Of a DNA stretch of 64,000 nucleotides, positions 28,944 through 38,828 are shown piece after piece (positions within the stretch are counted from its first letter, which is position 1; every line of letters begins with the position of its first letter). The DNA comes from an uncultured Pseudomonadales bacterium (GTDB taxonomy: Bacteria > Patescibacteriota > Microgenomatia > UBA1400 > PJMF01). The stretch spans positions 298-64,297 of the forward strand of contig CAZZBW010000002.1 in the NCBI GenBank assembly GCA_964653045.1. Reading direction: 5' to 3'. The notes below the pieces were generated by a model. It had not been told where the DNA came from. It saw only the letters and a program-made list of their open reading frames with translations, and did not search any database. Both the position numbers and the translations under genes were made by a program.

Positions 28944-29968
28944 TTATTTACTCCCCACAATTTCAGGTACTTGTCAGCTAACTTTTTCCAAGTTTGTTTT
29001 TTCGCCCAGTCGTACGCTTGTTTAATCATGTTATTTTTTTGAGCTTCGCTCAGTTTCTTCAATTTCTCCGCTAGCTCCCGTCCACTTTCAGCGATTACCA
29101 TCCACTTGCTGGCCGGATGCATAGTCAAGTAATCTTTTTTGATTTGGTTATTATAAACAGCCAAAACCAAGCGCTTGGATTGCATTGCCTCAAGGATTGC
29201 CAAATATCTAGACACAAAAGCGTACTCATGTGAGTTATATAATTGATCTACCCGAGTTTGCCAAAGATAAAATTTCACATCTAATTTGCGCCGCTGCACA
29301 AATTTTTTCGCTCGGTTTAGAAATGAGCCTTCTCCATAAACATCTAAGTTTATTTTTGGCTGGATACGTTGAAGCGCTTCCAAATACATCATGATCCCTG
29401 TATCTTCTTCCAGCCGTCCCAAGAAAGCGGCAGAGTTTTTTTTCGCAGTAGTTTTATCAGAAACACCTTGTTGATCGGCGGCACCATAAATGATTAGGTC
29501 TGGATTTTGGCCATACCACTTTTTGATAAACTCGCCCACAGCAATGGTTCTGTATGAAAGTTTCTCCACCAGCCGTCGGTGCCACACTGCTTGCCAACGA
29601 GGCAAACCAGGACCCTCATAACCATGGAAAGTGGTAAAAACTTTTTTGTTAAAATAAAAAATTCTCTGCGGTAAGTACCACCAAAACACATCGTGAATAT
29701 GGACAATATCTGCGTCGACAAACAGTTGCCGGTGTTGCCAAATCCACTGCCAAGTTTGAAGCTTGTGGTTAAAGTGCTGGAAAGGTAAACGAAACACATT
29801 GACACCGGCAATAATCTCATTGGATTTCAGTCCGGGCTGATTTGAAGTGGTTAAAACAGTGATGCTAAAGCCACGGTGAATTAATTCTTGGGCTAGCTGG
29901 GCGGTGTGCTTCTCCACACCGCCCACCGCCGGCGCATATCTTGGTACCAAAAACAATATTTTTTTCAT
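28940..29968 (-). CDS. Glycosyltransferase family 4
   Basis: PAVGGVEKH, VHIHD, TTFHG, FLGRL and LAILEAM motifs. Confidence 0.9.
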   Translation of the reverse strand: MKKILFLVPRYAPAVGGVEKHTAQLAQELIHRGFSITVLTTSNQPGLKSNEIIAGVNVFRLPFQHFNHKLQTWQWIWQHRQLFVDADIVHIHDVFWWYLPQRIFYFNKKVFTTFHGYEGPGLPRWQAVWHRRLVEKLSYRTIAVGEFIKKWYGQNPDLIIYGAADQQGVSDKTTAKKNSAAFLGRLEEDTGIMMYLEALQRIQPKINLDVYGEGSFLNRAKKFVQRRKLDVKFYLWQTRVDQLYNSHEYAFVSRYLAILEAMQSKRLVLAVYNNQIKKDYLTMHPASKWMVIAESGRELAEKLKKLSEAQKNNMIKQAYDWAKKQTWKKLADKYLKLWGVNN

Positions 29969-30708
29969 TTTTTTTGCGCCAGAATAATAATGTTGGAATA
30001 ACCAAAAATCTTGCCCAATAATTCGTCAGCAACACAGACCAACTTCGAAAATCTCGGACGAATAAACTTCAAAAAAACTTTTAATCTCGACAAAAACATT
30101 ACAGATCTGAGCGGACCGTCAACAATTTTGTAATTCGATATCATTAATTTGTTGTCCTCAATTAACCTCGTAATTGAGCCGACTGAGTACCGCCGCAGAT
30201 GTCCCACTTCTTGATCAAATTTGTCAAAAAATCCGAGTTTGTAAAACACCGATGAGTTGAGCGGAGTCGACAGTATTAAATAACCATGCTTATTTAATCT
30301 AGCTGAAATATCTCGAATGAATGCAGCGTCATCGGCAATGTGTTCAATCACTTCTGAGCAAACAATCAGATCAAACTTACCTTTGATATCCCTAATACTT
30401 CCAGTTAAAAACTTGACGTTAATAATTTTTAAATTTTTGGCGTTTGCCTTTGCTAACCGAATGGCTTTGGGAGAAATATCAACCCCCACGACGATTGAGC
30501 ACTGTTGAGAAAGATACAGAGCAATATTGCCAATTCCACAACCAACATCGAGTGCCTTGGTATTTTTTGCTCCCCAAATTAAAGGTAAATGTAAGAATCC
30601 CAGAATATAACGATAGGTAAAGTCGCGAGGATCAATCAACTTTTTGATCAAACCACTTTTGTGATGAAAACCATTGTAAAAGCTAGTAATTGAGAAAGGT
30701 TTACTCAT
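29965..30708 (-). CDS. Class I SAM-dependent methyltransferase
   Basis: LDVGCGIG, GVDIS, FDLIVCSEVIEH and GHLRRY motifs; ATG at 30708 (MSKPF). Confidence 0.9.
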   Translation of the reverse strand: MSKPFSITSFYNGFHHKSGLIKKLIDPRDFTYRYILGFLHLPLIWGAKNTKALDVGCGIGNIALYLSQQCSIVVGVDISPKAIRLAKANAKNLKIINVKFLTGSIRDIKGKFDLIVCSEVIEHIADDAAFIRDISARLNKHGYLILSTPLNSSVFYKLGFFDKFDQEVGHLRRYSVGSITRLIEDNKLMISNYKIVDGPLRSVMFLSRLKVFLKFIRPRFSKLVCVADELLGKIFGYSNIIILAQKK

Positions 30709-32473
30709 GATGAAAAATACAATTTGCCTGGTTATTCTAACACTGATGTTCTTGATCTTTCCGCCGCAAACTTTTGCTAAAAAAGTCGTGTTCGAAGATG
30801 ATTTTTCGTCTGAACTAAACAAGTGGGAATTAACGCGTGGCGGTTATTCAATCTGGAGCGTTGCAGATGGCAAGCTTCACGCCAAAGTCCTAACTTCGTT
30901 TACTATTTCCGAACTCGTTCCCACCAATCAGTACTGGGATGATAGCTGGCGAAACATTGAGTACCAATTAGAGTACACGCCAATTGCTGGTGTCGACAAA
31001 AATATTTCGTTTGGCTACAAAAATATTGATAAGTGGTACGAGATTCACTTTGTTTCCTCATTCTTTGAAGTGGTCAAGGTTGAAAATGGAGCACTCGTTT
31101 GGTCTAAAAAAAGTGATTATTCGCTGAGTAATAACAAGACGTATACATTTAATATAATTTTTCAGCATGGCAATATCGAAATAAATGTAGATAACACCCA
31201 AATCTTCAAAGATTTTGACCCGAATTTCACCGAGAACGATTACGGCAAAATCGGTTTAAAAGTTGGGACTGGGGCAGTCTACTCGACTCAAGTCATCTTC
31301 GATAATGTGGTGGTGTACGACTTAGATCAATCCCCAGACTCAGAGCTCATGCCCCACTTTATGCAAACTGATGAATCTTGGGGCGATAGCGAATATGACT
31401 CAGCCACAAAATGGTCGGATCAACCAACCATCGCGCGCTGGGGCTGCGCCTTGAGCTCAATGGCCATGATTCTCCGTAATTATCAGATCAATACGTTACC
31501 CAGCGGAGAAACAATTGATCCAAAAACACTGAACGAGTGGCTCAAATCACAGCCTGATGGATACTGGGGCAACGGCTTGCTCAATTGGTTGGCGGTCACC
31601 AGACTCACCAAACAATTAAGCACTCCAGAAGGAACGCCGGCGCTCGAATACACCAAAGAAACTGGCGAAAATTTGATAGATACCGCCCTGACCAGCGTTG
31701 AGGACAAAAAACCGGTGATTTTAGAAATCCCGGGGCATTTTTTGGTTGGCGATGGAATGACTGATGATAGGCTGGATCTTAAGATCAAAGATCCAGCCTA
31801 CTCTTTCAGTAACTTCAGCCAACACCAACAACCGCTCAAATCAGTCAGATTGTTTCATCCCAGCCACACCGATCTCTCTCACATTGCCATCGGCATTCCA
31901 CCCCAGCTCACTGGACAACTGGTAACACCATCTGGGAAAATAATTCAATTTGATCAGATTGAGTACCTAAATAATTATCTGGGTAGTAATCTCCTCCCCG
32001 ATCAAAGCACCAGTGGCTTAAAAATCGTGGAGTTACCTAAGCCAGAACTCGGTGAGTATCAACTTTGGTTGAGCCAAGAAAAATTTGGTCAATTCCAAGC
32101 CACAATTTTTACCTATGACTTAGATGGAAACGTGAGTGATCTCTCGGTTTTTGGCTTCACCGGCCAAAAACCGACGCTGTACCAACTCGATTATTCACAC
32201 TCAGGTGAGGACAGGGTTACTAAAATCAGCAGTTACTTTCAATTTAAAGAGCTGGTGCGGGAGCTAGCTCAACTCAAAGAGATTAGCAACCCGGTTATGG
32301 AAATTTGGTTACAATTTTTTGCCGATACTAATCAAGAGTGCGCCTCACCCAACCCAGCCGGATGCATCAGGTTGTTGAGACAGGCAATTAAGTCAATCGA
32401 AAAAAATATGAGTCAGACAGCCAGAAAAGCTCTGGAAGAAGAATTACGCGTCATCGAAAAAGCTGCTAAATAA
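30707..32473 (+). CDS. Secreted protein with an N-terminal LamG/ConA-like domain and a peptidase C39-like domain
   Basis: Signal peptide; FEDDFS...GKIGL...FDNVVV; Q...W...TIARWGCALSS, GHFLV and IKDP catalytic pattern. Confidence 0.78.
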   Translation: MMKNTICLVILTLMFLIFPPQTFAKKVVFEDDFSSELNKWELTRGGYSIWSVADGKLHAKVLTSFTISELVPTNQYWDDSWRNIEYQLEYTPIAGVDKNISFGYKNIDKWYEIHFVSSFFEVVKVENGALVWSKKSDYSLSNNKTYTFNIIFQHGNIEINVDNTQIFKDFDPNFTENDYGKIGLKVGTGAVYSTQVIFDNVVVYDLDQSPDSELMPHFMQTDESWGDSEYDSATKWSDQPTIARWGCALSSMAMILRNYQINTLPSGETIDPKTLNEWLKSQPDGYWGNGLLNWLAVTRLTKQLSTPEGTPALEYTKETGENLIDTALTSVEDKKPVILEIPGHFLVGDGMTDDRLDLKIKDPAYSFSNFSQHQQPLKSVRLFHPSHTDLSHIAIGIPPQLTGQLVTPSGKIIQFDQIEYLNNYLGSNLLPDQSTSGLKIVELPKPELGEYQLWLSQEKFGQFQATIFTYDLDGNVSDLSVFGFTGQKPTLYQLDYSHSGEDRVTKISSYFQFKELVRELAQLKEISNPVMEIWLQFFADTNQECASPNPAGCIRLLRQAIKSIEKNMSQTARKALEEELRVIEKAAK

Positions 32474-32483
32474 GTAATAGATT

Positions 32484-32526
32484 GGTTCGGGGGGAGATAA
32501 TCAGGCTATAATACTCCCCCCGAGCC
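32484..32526 (+). promoter_or_regulatory. 13-bp GC-rich inverted repeat enclosing a TATAAT box just upstream of dus
   Basis: GGTTCGGGGGGAG / CTCCCCCCGAGCC arms; TATAAT at 32507-32512 in the loop. Confidence 0.6.
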
Positions 32527-32529
32527 GAT

Positions 32530-33618
32530 ATGCAGCAATCATCTTTTTGGCACCAACTAAACAAACCAATTGTGGGACTCTCACCCATGGACGGAGTTAC
32601 AGATCACCCTTTTCGTGTGATTACCAAAAAATATGGAGATCCAGATGTAATTTTTACCGAGTTTGTCAGTGTTGAAGGACTTTGTCACTCAGCTGCGGTA
32701 ATGCTTGACCACTTCATTTACGATGAATCTCAACGCCCAGTTGTTGCCCAAATTTTTGGGAAAACTCCAGAATTTTTCCGCCAAGCAGCTATTTTGGTCA
32801 GCCAACTGGGATTTGATGGCATCGATATCAACATGGGTTGCCCTGCTCGGACAGTCACCAATCACGGCTCTGGTGCGGGCCTGATCCAAACCCCCGAGCT
32901 GGCTCAACAAATTGTTCGAGCAGTACAAAAGGGCGTTCAAGACTATCAAAGTGGACAAACGGTGGCAGACTGTCCCGATTTTTCTCCAGAAATTAGATCA
33001 ATTGTCGAGCTGAGAAACAAACGACTGCCACAACAGTATTATAATTGTCAGAGAAATGTTCCGGTTTCCATCAAGACTCGCCTCGGTTACTCAGACTCAA
33101 TCATTACTGAGTGGCTGGAAGTGCTACTCCAAACTAATCCTGAATTAATAACTGTGCACGGGCGCACGCTCAAACAAGGATATGGCGGACAAGCCAACTG
33201 GGAAGACATTGGTCAAGCAGCAAACATCGCCAAAAAATATGCTACAGCTTCTGGTAAAAAGCGAACGCTGATTTTCGGTAATGGTGATGTGCAATCGCGA
33301 GCGCAAGCAGAAATATTAGCTAACAAACACAATCTTGATGGCGTGTTAATCGGTCGGGCGAGTTTTGGCAACCCATTAGTATTTCAAGCTAATGCAGAAA
33401 AGGATCAGCCAAAACTCGCCCGAATCGCACTAAAACACGCTCAAGTTTTTGAAAAAACTTTTGCTCATCGCTCAAATTTCAATTTTCTACCCATGCGCAA
33501 ACACCTCGGCTGGTACATTAGGTCATTACCCAAAGCCAAAGAAATCCGACTGGAGTTGGTCAAAACTAACTCTGCCGCAGAAGTCGAAAAAGTTTTGACC
33601 CAGTATCAGTTGATCTAA
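32530..33618 (+). CDS. dusB: tRNA-dihydrouridine synthase
   Basis: LSPMDGVTD, QIFG, IDINMGCP, SIKTRLG, VHGRT, GNGDV, IGR and MRKH motifs. Confidence 0.92.
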   Translation: MQQSSFWHQLNKPIVGLSPMDGVTDHPFRVITKKYGDPDVIFTEFVSVEGLCHSAAVMLDHFIYDESQRPVVAQIFGKTPEFFRQAAILVSQLGFDGIDINMGCPARTVTNHGSGAGLIQTPELAQQIVRAVQKGVQDYQSGQTVADCPDFSPEIRSIVELRNKRLPQQYYNCQRNVPVSIKTRLGYSDSIITEWLEVLLQTNPELITVHGRTLKQGYGGQANWEDIGQAANIAKKYATASGKKRTLIFGNGDVQSRAQAEILANKHNLDGVLIGRASFGNPLVFQANAEKDQPKLARIALKHAQVFEKTFAHRSNFNFLPMRKHLGWYIRSLPKAKEIRLELVKTNSAAEVEKVLTQYQLI

Positions 33619-33640
33619 TGTTATAATCTTGAGGTTACAT

Positions 33641-33717
33641 GGTCGCATAGCTCAGTTGGTTAGAGCGCACGATTCACATTCGTGAGGTCCCAGGTTCGAG
33701 TCCTGGTGCGACCACCA
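33641..33717 (+). tRNA. tRNA-Val (CAC)
   Basis: CACGA-TTCACAT-TCGTG anticodon arm, canonical D and T arms, CCA end; TGtTATAAT upstream. Confidence 0.96.
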
Positions 33718-33759
33718 TTTACTACGCTTCGATTAAGATTATCCATTTAGACTTCTTCA

Positions 33760-34419
33760 GTGATAACAAAAGTACTCAGTTGTGCGTGGTCGTGGATTCT
33801 GGATTTTATTTTTCCTCAGTTCTGTGTCAACTGTGGTAAGTTTGGACAATTACTCTGCCCCAGTTGCTTTGCTCAACTAGAGTTTCATACTGCTCCAATT
33901 CGGTTAGTTTTACCAGAACGACACTTAGACAGCGTTTGGGCGTGTTGTGTGTATAAAGGTGCAATCAAAAAGTTGATCAAAGCGCTCAAGTACCAAAGTA
34001 TCAAAGATGCTGGAGCAGTGTGCGGCCAGCTGCTGTACTACTGCAGCTGGCCGCCCCAAGATATCGATTGCCTGACCGCTGTCCCTATTCATCCCAAACG
34101 TCGTCAAGAAAGAGGCTTCAATCAAGCCGAGTTGATTGCTCAGACTCTGGCCCAACTGATGAGCAAACCTTACGTACCATTGCTGCTAAGACTGCACCAC
34201 ACCCCCCAACTAGCCAAACTCAAGCATCGTCAGGATCGACTTAAGCAATTAGAAAATCAGATTGGAATTAATCCAATTTTTAACCACAAAGCTCCGCCTA
34301 AGGTATTAATCATCGATGACGTTGTTACCAGTGGCGCTACTCTAAACGAGTGCGCCAACGTTTTGAAACAGCACGGTTACACCAAAGTTAACGCTCTGTG
34401 TGTCGCTCACGGCATGTAA
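33760..34419 (+). CDS. comF: ComF family protein (zinc finger plus PRTase fold)
   Basis: CVNC...CPSC, LKY, VPIH...RGFNQ and IIDDVVTSGATL motifs. Confidence 0.9.
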   Translation: MITKVLSCAWSWILDFIFPQFCVNCGKFGQLLCPSCFAQLEFHTAPIRLVLPERHLDSVWACCVYKGAIKKLIKALKYQSIKDAGAVCGQLLYYCSWPPQDIDCLTAVPIHPKRRQERGFNQAELIAQTLAQLMSKPYVPLLLRLHHTPQLAKLKHRQDRLKQLENQIGINPIFNHKAPPKVLIIDDVVTSGATLNECANVLKQHGYTKVNALCVAHGM

Positions 34420-34439
34420 ATTCATGCTAATATTACCCT

Positions 34440-36062
34440 GTGTTGAAAACCAAGTTGCTAGTGCTTTTAGCTCTCACTTTCTTGATTTATTTACCCTCGT
34501 TTGGCAATCATTTTATCTGGGACGATGAGCAATTTATCTATAAAAATACCTCAGTTCTCAACTTTGATTTACCAGCAATTTTTACCGAGAGCACTACTGC
34601 CGGCGCCGGCATCGCTAGTAATTACTACCGCCCATTGACCAGCCTGTCGTTCGCAATTGATCACGCGCTGTGGGGACTCAAGCCCTTTGGCTTTCACTTG
34701 ACCAATACCCTGCTCCACGCCGGCGCCGGCATACTTTTGTACTTGCTTTTAACCCAAATCGGGATTGGTAACAGAAGTAACTTTATCTGGAAAGATCCAG
34801 CGTTTTGGCTGAGCTTGATTTTTCTCGTTCACCCCATTCAAACCGAAGCGGTGGTGTATATCAACTCCCGTGGTGATTCGCTGTCCGCTTTACTTGCCCT
34901 AACCAGCTTGTTGATGTTTGCCCGCGTGATACGCAAAACACCCGAGCAGCAATCAAGCCTGTTTCCCAGCCAAGTCTGGCCAGTTTATATTTGTGGCATT
35001 TTTCTGCTGGCAATCTTGGCCAAAGAGATTGCCATCAGTGCCGTAGCATTAATGTTTCTGATTTATTGGCAACAAATTGTTTTAGAAAAGAATCGGAAAA
35101 ACCATCAGCTAAATCATCGCTTGGCCAGAATTACACTGGTGGCGGCGAGCGCGCTCGCCGCCACTTACTTCTTCCTCCGCCTGACTGTTTTCAACTTTCA
35201 AAATACCGTTAACTTTTATACCGAAGCCACCGAGTACTCCCAAAGCCTCGCGGTCAGAATGCTGACTTTCAGTAAGGCAATCTGGATCTACTGGAAGCTA
35301 CTTTTTGTCCCCTACCCACTTCATATGGAACGCGATCTAGAAATTGTCAACACTCTCGCCTCAATTTGGCCGTGGTTAACTCTCGGCGCAATTCTGATCC
35401 TATTCGCTGCTGGAACATGGGAAAAAATCAAACACTCCACCACCTGGATTTGGTTTGGCGGCGCCTGGTTTATGATCACTATTTCACCCGTATCAGGCAT
35501 TATCCCGATCAATGGCATGATTTACGAACACTGGTTGTACTTTCCAATGGTCGGTTTTTTCATCATATTTTGGAAAATAATAACGCTGACATTGACAAAA
35601 TTTGCTTTATCGAACAAATACACTTCATTAACAAAAATAGTATTAATTACTGTGATCGTTACCTTAAGCTCGTTGACCATCCGCCAAAACTGGTTGTGGC
35701 GGAACCCAATTTCTTTTTATAATTACCTACTTCGCTACACCGACTCTGCCCGCATCAGAAATAATCTCGGCATTGCTTATGCCGATAGCGGACAGATTGA
35801 CCTAGCAATCGAACAGTATACTTACGCCCTTGAGTTTAATAATAGCTATCCGCAGATTTATCATAATCTAGGCAATCTTCATCAAAGTAAGGGAGAGATA
35901 GAAAAAGCACTGGAATACTACCAACTTGCGTTGGAAAGAGACCCTCAATTCATTCCCACATTAATTAATTTGACTAAACTATACCAGCAACTGGGTAAAA
36001 CCGATGAGGCGGCGGCCACAGCCGCCGCACTTGAGAAATTAACTGGTTTAAGCTATAATTAA
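34440..36062 (+). CDS. TMTC-like GT-C protein O-mannosyltransferase with C-terminal TPRs
   Basis: FIWDD, YYRPL, FHLTN, HPIQTEAV, AKE and EHWLYFP motifs; TPR repeats. Confidence 0.82.
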   Translation: MLKTKLLVLLALTFLIYLPSFGNHFIWDDEQFIYKNTSVLNFDLPAIFTESTTAGAGIASNYYRPLTSLSFAIDHALWGLKPFGFHLTNTLLHAGAGILLYLLLTQIGIGNRSNFIWKDPAFWLSLIFLVHPIQTEAVVYINSRGDSLSALLALTSLLMFARVIRKTPEQQSSLFPSQVWPVYICGIFLLAILAKEIAISAVALMFLIYWQQIVLEKNRKNHQLNHRLARITLVAASALAATYFFLRLTVFNFQNTVNFYTEATEYSQSLAVRMLTFSKAIWIYWKLLFVPYPLHMERDLEIVNTLASIWPWLTLGAILILFAAGTWEKIKHSTTWIWFGGAWFMITISPVSGIIPINGMIYEHWLYFPMVGFFIIFWKIITLTLTKFALSNKYTSLTKIVLITVIVTLSSLTIRQNWLWRNPISFYNYLLRYTDSARIRNNLGIAYADSGQIDLAIEQYTYALEFNNSYPQIYHNLGNLHQSKGEIEKALEYYQLALERDPQFIPTLINLTKLYQQLGKTDEAAATAAALEKLTGLSYN

Positions 36063-36073
36063 CCTTACCCTTT

Positions 36074-36494
36074 GGGGATGTAACGCTTTGACGTGACAAG
36101 CTCTTTAACAGTCGCAAGTCGTCTTTAGTCAAAAGACGTAAAAAAGGACTAAAAACATAACTGCAGATACAATCAGCAGCAAAGCTCGCAACTTCGTAAC
36201 TGAAGTTGCCGAAGGTGTCGACTCTTTTGTCGATTCATTCAGAGCTCCACAAATGCTTTACGCATAAGTGGCATTCATCCGAGGCGTTTCACTGGCGCGC
36301 GCGGGTGGGTGACAAATCAGTCAGTGTGACAATCTGATCGTCTGTGCCGATCAGAAATAAGCAAATTGTACAGAGGGAGTGTGCTCCGGTTTGTTCATCC
36401 ACCCGCTTACTCCGCCAACTCAAAGATGAACTACACTTGTAGAAGCTGTTTTTGACTATTCACAGACACGGGCTCATTACCCGTCATCTCCACC
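36074..36494 (+). ncRNA. ssrA: tmRNA
   Basis: GGGGATG/CATCTCC-A acceptor with G3-U pair, ATAACT-GCA resume context, tag ORF 36163-36267, promoter TATAAT near 36054. Confidence 0.92.
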
Positions 36495-37514
36495 TTACAA
36501 ATGTTTTTGGTTTATTGTTAGATAATACGCATCGATATCGCTTTTGATCTGTTTTGCTAACGCTTCTGCGAACTTAACAGGAACAGCATTACCAACCATT
36601 TTATAACCAGTAGCTAAATCATCATATATAAAACGAAAATCGTCGGGAAAAGTCTGGATTCTGGCGCACTCTCTTACAGTTAACCTTCTGTATAAGTGCT
36701 CTTTACCAGGAGCAAATATTCTTTTGTCATAATCAACAAATTTCATCTTTGGTGCCTGAGGATGAATTGGAGCATGCCTGCCACCAGCCTGAATTGTAAA
36801 CGATTGTTCATCCCAATTTCTGACTCTATTTCGCGACATATAAATTGTTGAAAAACCTCCATTCATGTACTCATGATTTGGCGTTGACAGATCTGATCCA
36901 TTTGTTTTGTTAAAATCTCTTGCTTTGACTGCAGTATCTTTTAGATCCCAAATCGTATCTCTTAGAGTTAGTTCGTTACTCGACACTTTTGGAAAAACAA
37001 ACTTTTTATTCATTTTTTTATGATAACCTACAAAAATTACTCTTTTTCTATCTTGCGGAACATTATAATTTTTTGCGTTTAATAACTGATAATCAAAACT
37101 ATAACCAAGTTTATTAAATTCTTCTATTAAATTTGAAAGCGCCTGTTGATGTCTAGTTGACAACATTCCTGAGACATTTTCTGCCAAAAAGAAAAGCGGT
37201 TGCTTGTCTCTAATTACTCTAATATGCTCAAAAAAAACTTTGCCTCTTTTGTCTCCCAAACCTCTACCGGCACCAGCCTCACTCCAACTTTGACATGGAG
37301 GACCACCAATTACTCCGATAGCTTTGGGAATCTCTTCAGAAGGAACATCGGTAACACTACGCTCGTCAACCACTGTATTTGGAAAGTTTTCTCTTAACGT
37401 AGGCGTAATAGTCGTATCAAATTCGTTTGCCCAAATTATCTTAAATCCGGCATTCTCAAAACCAAGGTCTAACCCGCCAGCACCTGTAAAAAGTGAAACA
37501 ATGTTATATTTCAT
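36495..37514 (-). CDS. C5 DNA cytosine methyltransferase, HaeIII/NgoPII-like (GGCC predicted)
   Basis: FTGAGG, GGPPCQ, ENV, QDRKR and GNAV motifs; target-recognition region MSRNRVRNWDEQSFTIQAGGRH resembles M.HaeIII. Confidence 0.92.
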   Translation of the reverse strand: MKYNIVSLFTGAGGLDLGFENAGFKIIWANEFDTTITPTLRENFPNTVVDERSVTDVPSEEIPKAIGVIGGPPCQSWSEAGAGRGLGDKRGKVFFEHIRVIRDKQPLFFLAENVSGMLSTRHQQALSNLIEEFNKLGYSFDYQLLNAKNYNVPQDRKRVIFVGYHKKMNKKFVFPKVSSNELTLRDTIWDLKDTAVKARDFNKTNGSDLSTPNHEYMNGGFSTIYMSRNRVRNWDEQSFTIQAGGRHAPIHPQAPKMKFVDYDKRIFAPGKEHLYRRLTVRECARIQTFPDDFRFIYDDLATGYKMVGNAVPVKFAEALAKQIKSDIDAYYLTINQKHL

Positions 37515-38364
37515 ACTTAATTATCCTAGCTTTAATTAATCGTGCGGGGTTATCAGGATCCCTAATTTCAATGACCTCATTCGAATATCCTATTTTTTTA
37601 ATGTTCTCGATTTCAAATCTTTCTTCTTGAGAAAAAGACTGATATTTATTTTCCCTCATAAGCAGATAAAACTGTTTGGTTTTCGTTTGGTCCATAAGAT
37701 GACCATATATTTTGGAGGGGTTAGCAATGTGCCACATTCCCCTAATACGCATCGTCGTAATACCCAATGGATCAACTTTTTTCACTTTGCCAAGTTCATT
37801 TGTTTTCTGAAAGTTCGTATCAGGAATAGAATTGACACCTTTTTCAATAATTGTAAACAATTTTTCATAAACTTGTCTTGAAGCCGAATAGCAATCTCCA
37901 TATATTAACCACAATCTCTTTAGTTCAGCACTGCTATCAGGAGTGCCAATAGCATAAACAATGTCCTTAACTTTCCATTTCTCAGCAGTTTTTGCTCCAG
38001 AGGCAACTCTTGTGTCATCTATATATAACTTGTTTCTAGGATGAGAACTATTTAGTGCGATATCTGATTTCAGTGATTCAACTTTTTTTATTTCTATTGC
38101 ATCGCCGTTTTTGATAATGCAATCGGGTGGATTACTTCCGTTACCCAACCAGGAGAAAGCATCACTATACACCCTGTCTCTGACACTGTTTTCTATTGAT
38201 TCTCTCCCGAGCAAACCGGCGATTGCATCTTTTACATATCCCTCGAGCGCATCACCGATATTATTTATCCGATTATTTGATATTTTTGCTGGGTTTATTG
38301 AGGAATTCGGCTGATTCACAATATTCATGAAGGCGCCAAGGACTGAATAAAATTGTCTGCTCAT
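37504..38364 (-). CDS. NgoPII-family type II restriction endonuclease
   Basis: NRINNIGDALE, NPPD...DAIEIKK, ALNSSHP and VDPLGITTMRIRGMW motifs; overlaps the methyltransferase start. Confidence 0.85.
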   Translation of the reverse strand: MSRQFYSVLGAFMNIVNQPNSSINPAKISNNRINNIGDALEGYVKDAIAGLLGRESIENSVRDRVYSDAFSWLGNGSNPPDCIIKNGDAIEIKKVESLKSDIALNSSHPRNKLYIDDTRVASGAKTAEKWKVKDIVYAIGTPDSSAELKRLWLIYGDCYSASRQVYEKLFTIIEKGVNSIPDTNFQKTNELGKVKKVDPLGITTMRIRGMWHIANPSKIYGHLMDQTKTKQFYLLMRENKYQSFSQEERFEIENIKKIGYSNEVIEIRDPDNPARLIKARIIKYEI

Positions 38365-38561
38365 TTTATTGATCCACATTCACACATAATATAATCGGAT
38401 TCTTACATTTACATTTACTTTTTACAAGAACCTATCCAACGCTAAGTTGTTTGAGACATACTGGGCTTTACAAGATATTGCCTCAAAATCTTGAATAATA
38501 TCTCAATATCGGCAAGGTACGCTTTTGCTCAAAAGCAATTAAGATCGTAATCAACTGGTTT

Positions 38562-38828
38562 TTAGCAATGAATCTCTTTTCTGTGCCCGGCACGAATAAT
38601 TAGGATTTCTTTTTGCGAATGGATGACATCGAAAAGTACGCGATAATCTCCGGCTCTTAGACGATATTTAGGGATATTTGGTCCAACCAACATTTTAATG
38701 TTTTTTGATTTCCGATTGGTTCTCAATAGTAAAACGTGATTAATTAACTTAACGCGGATTTCCGCATTAAGTTTGCGAAAATCCTTTTTGGCTCTCTCGG
38801 TGATGTTGATTGAATACTCGCCAGTCAT
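38562..38828 (-). CDS. RelE/ParE family toxin
   Basis: RAKKDFRKL, YRLRAGDYRVLF and GHRKEI motifs. Confidence 0.9.
   Translation of the reverse strand: MTGEYSINITERAKKDFRKLNAEIRVKLINHVLLLRTNRKSKNIKMLVGPNIPKYRLRAGDYRVLFDVIHSQKEILIIRAGHRKEIHC

Noticed and set aside
30709-30822. Extension of the methyltransferase ORF to 30822
   Set aside because: It is antisense to the signal peptide of the C39-like gene; ATG 30708 preferred
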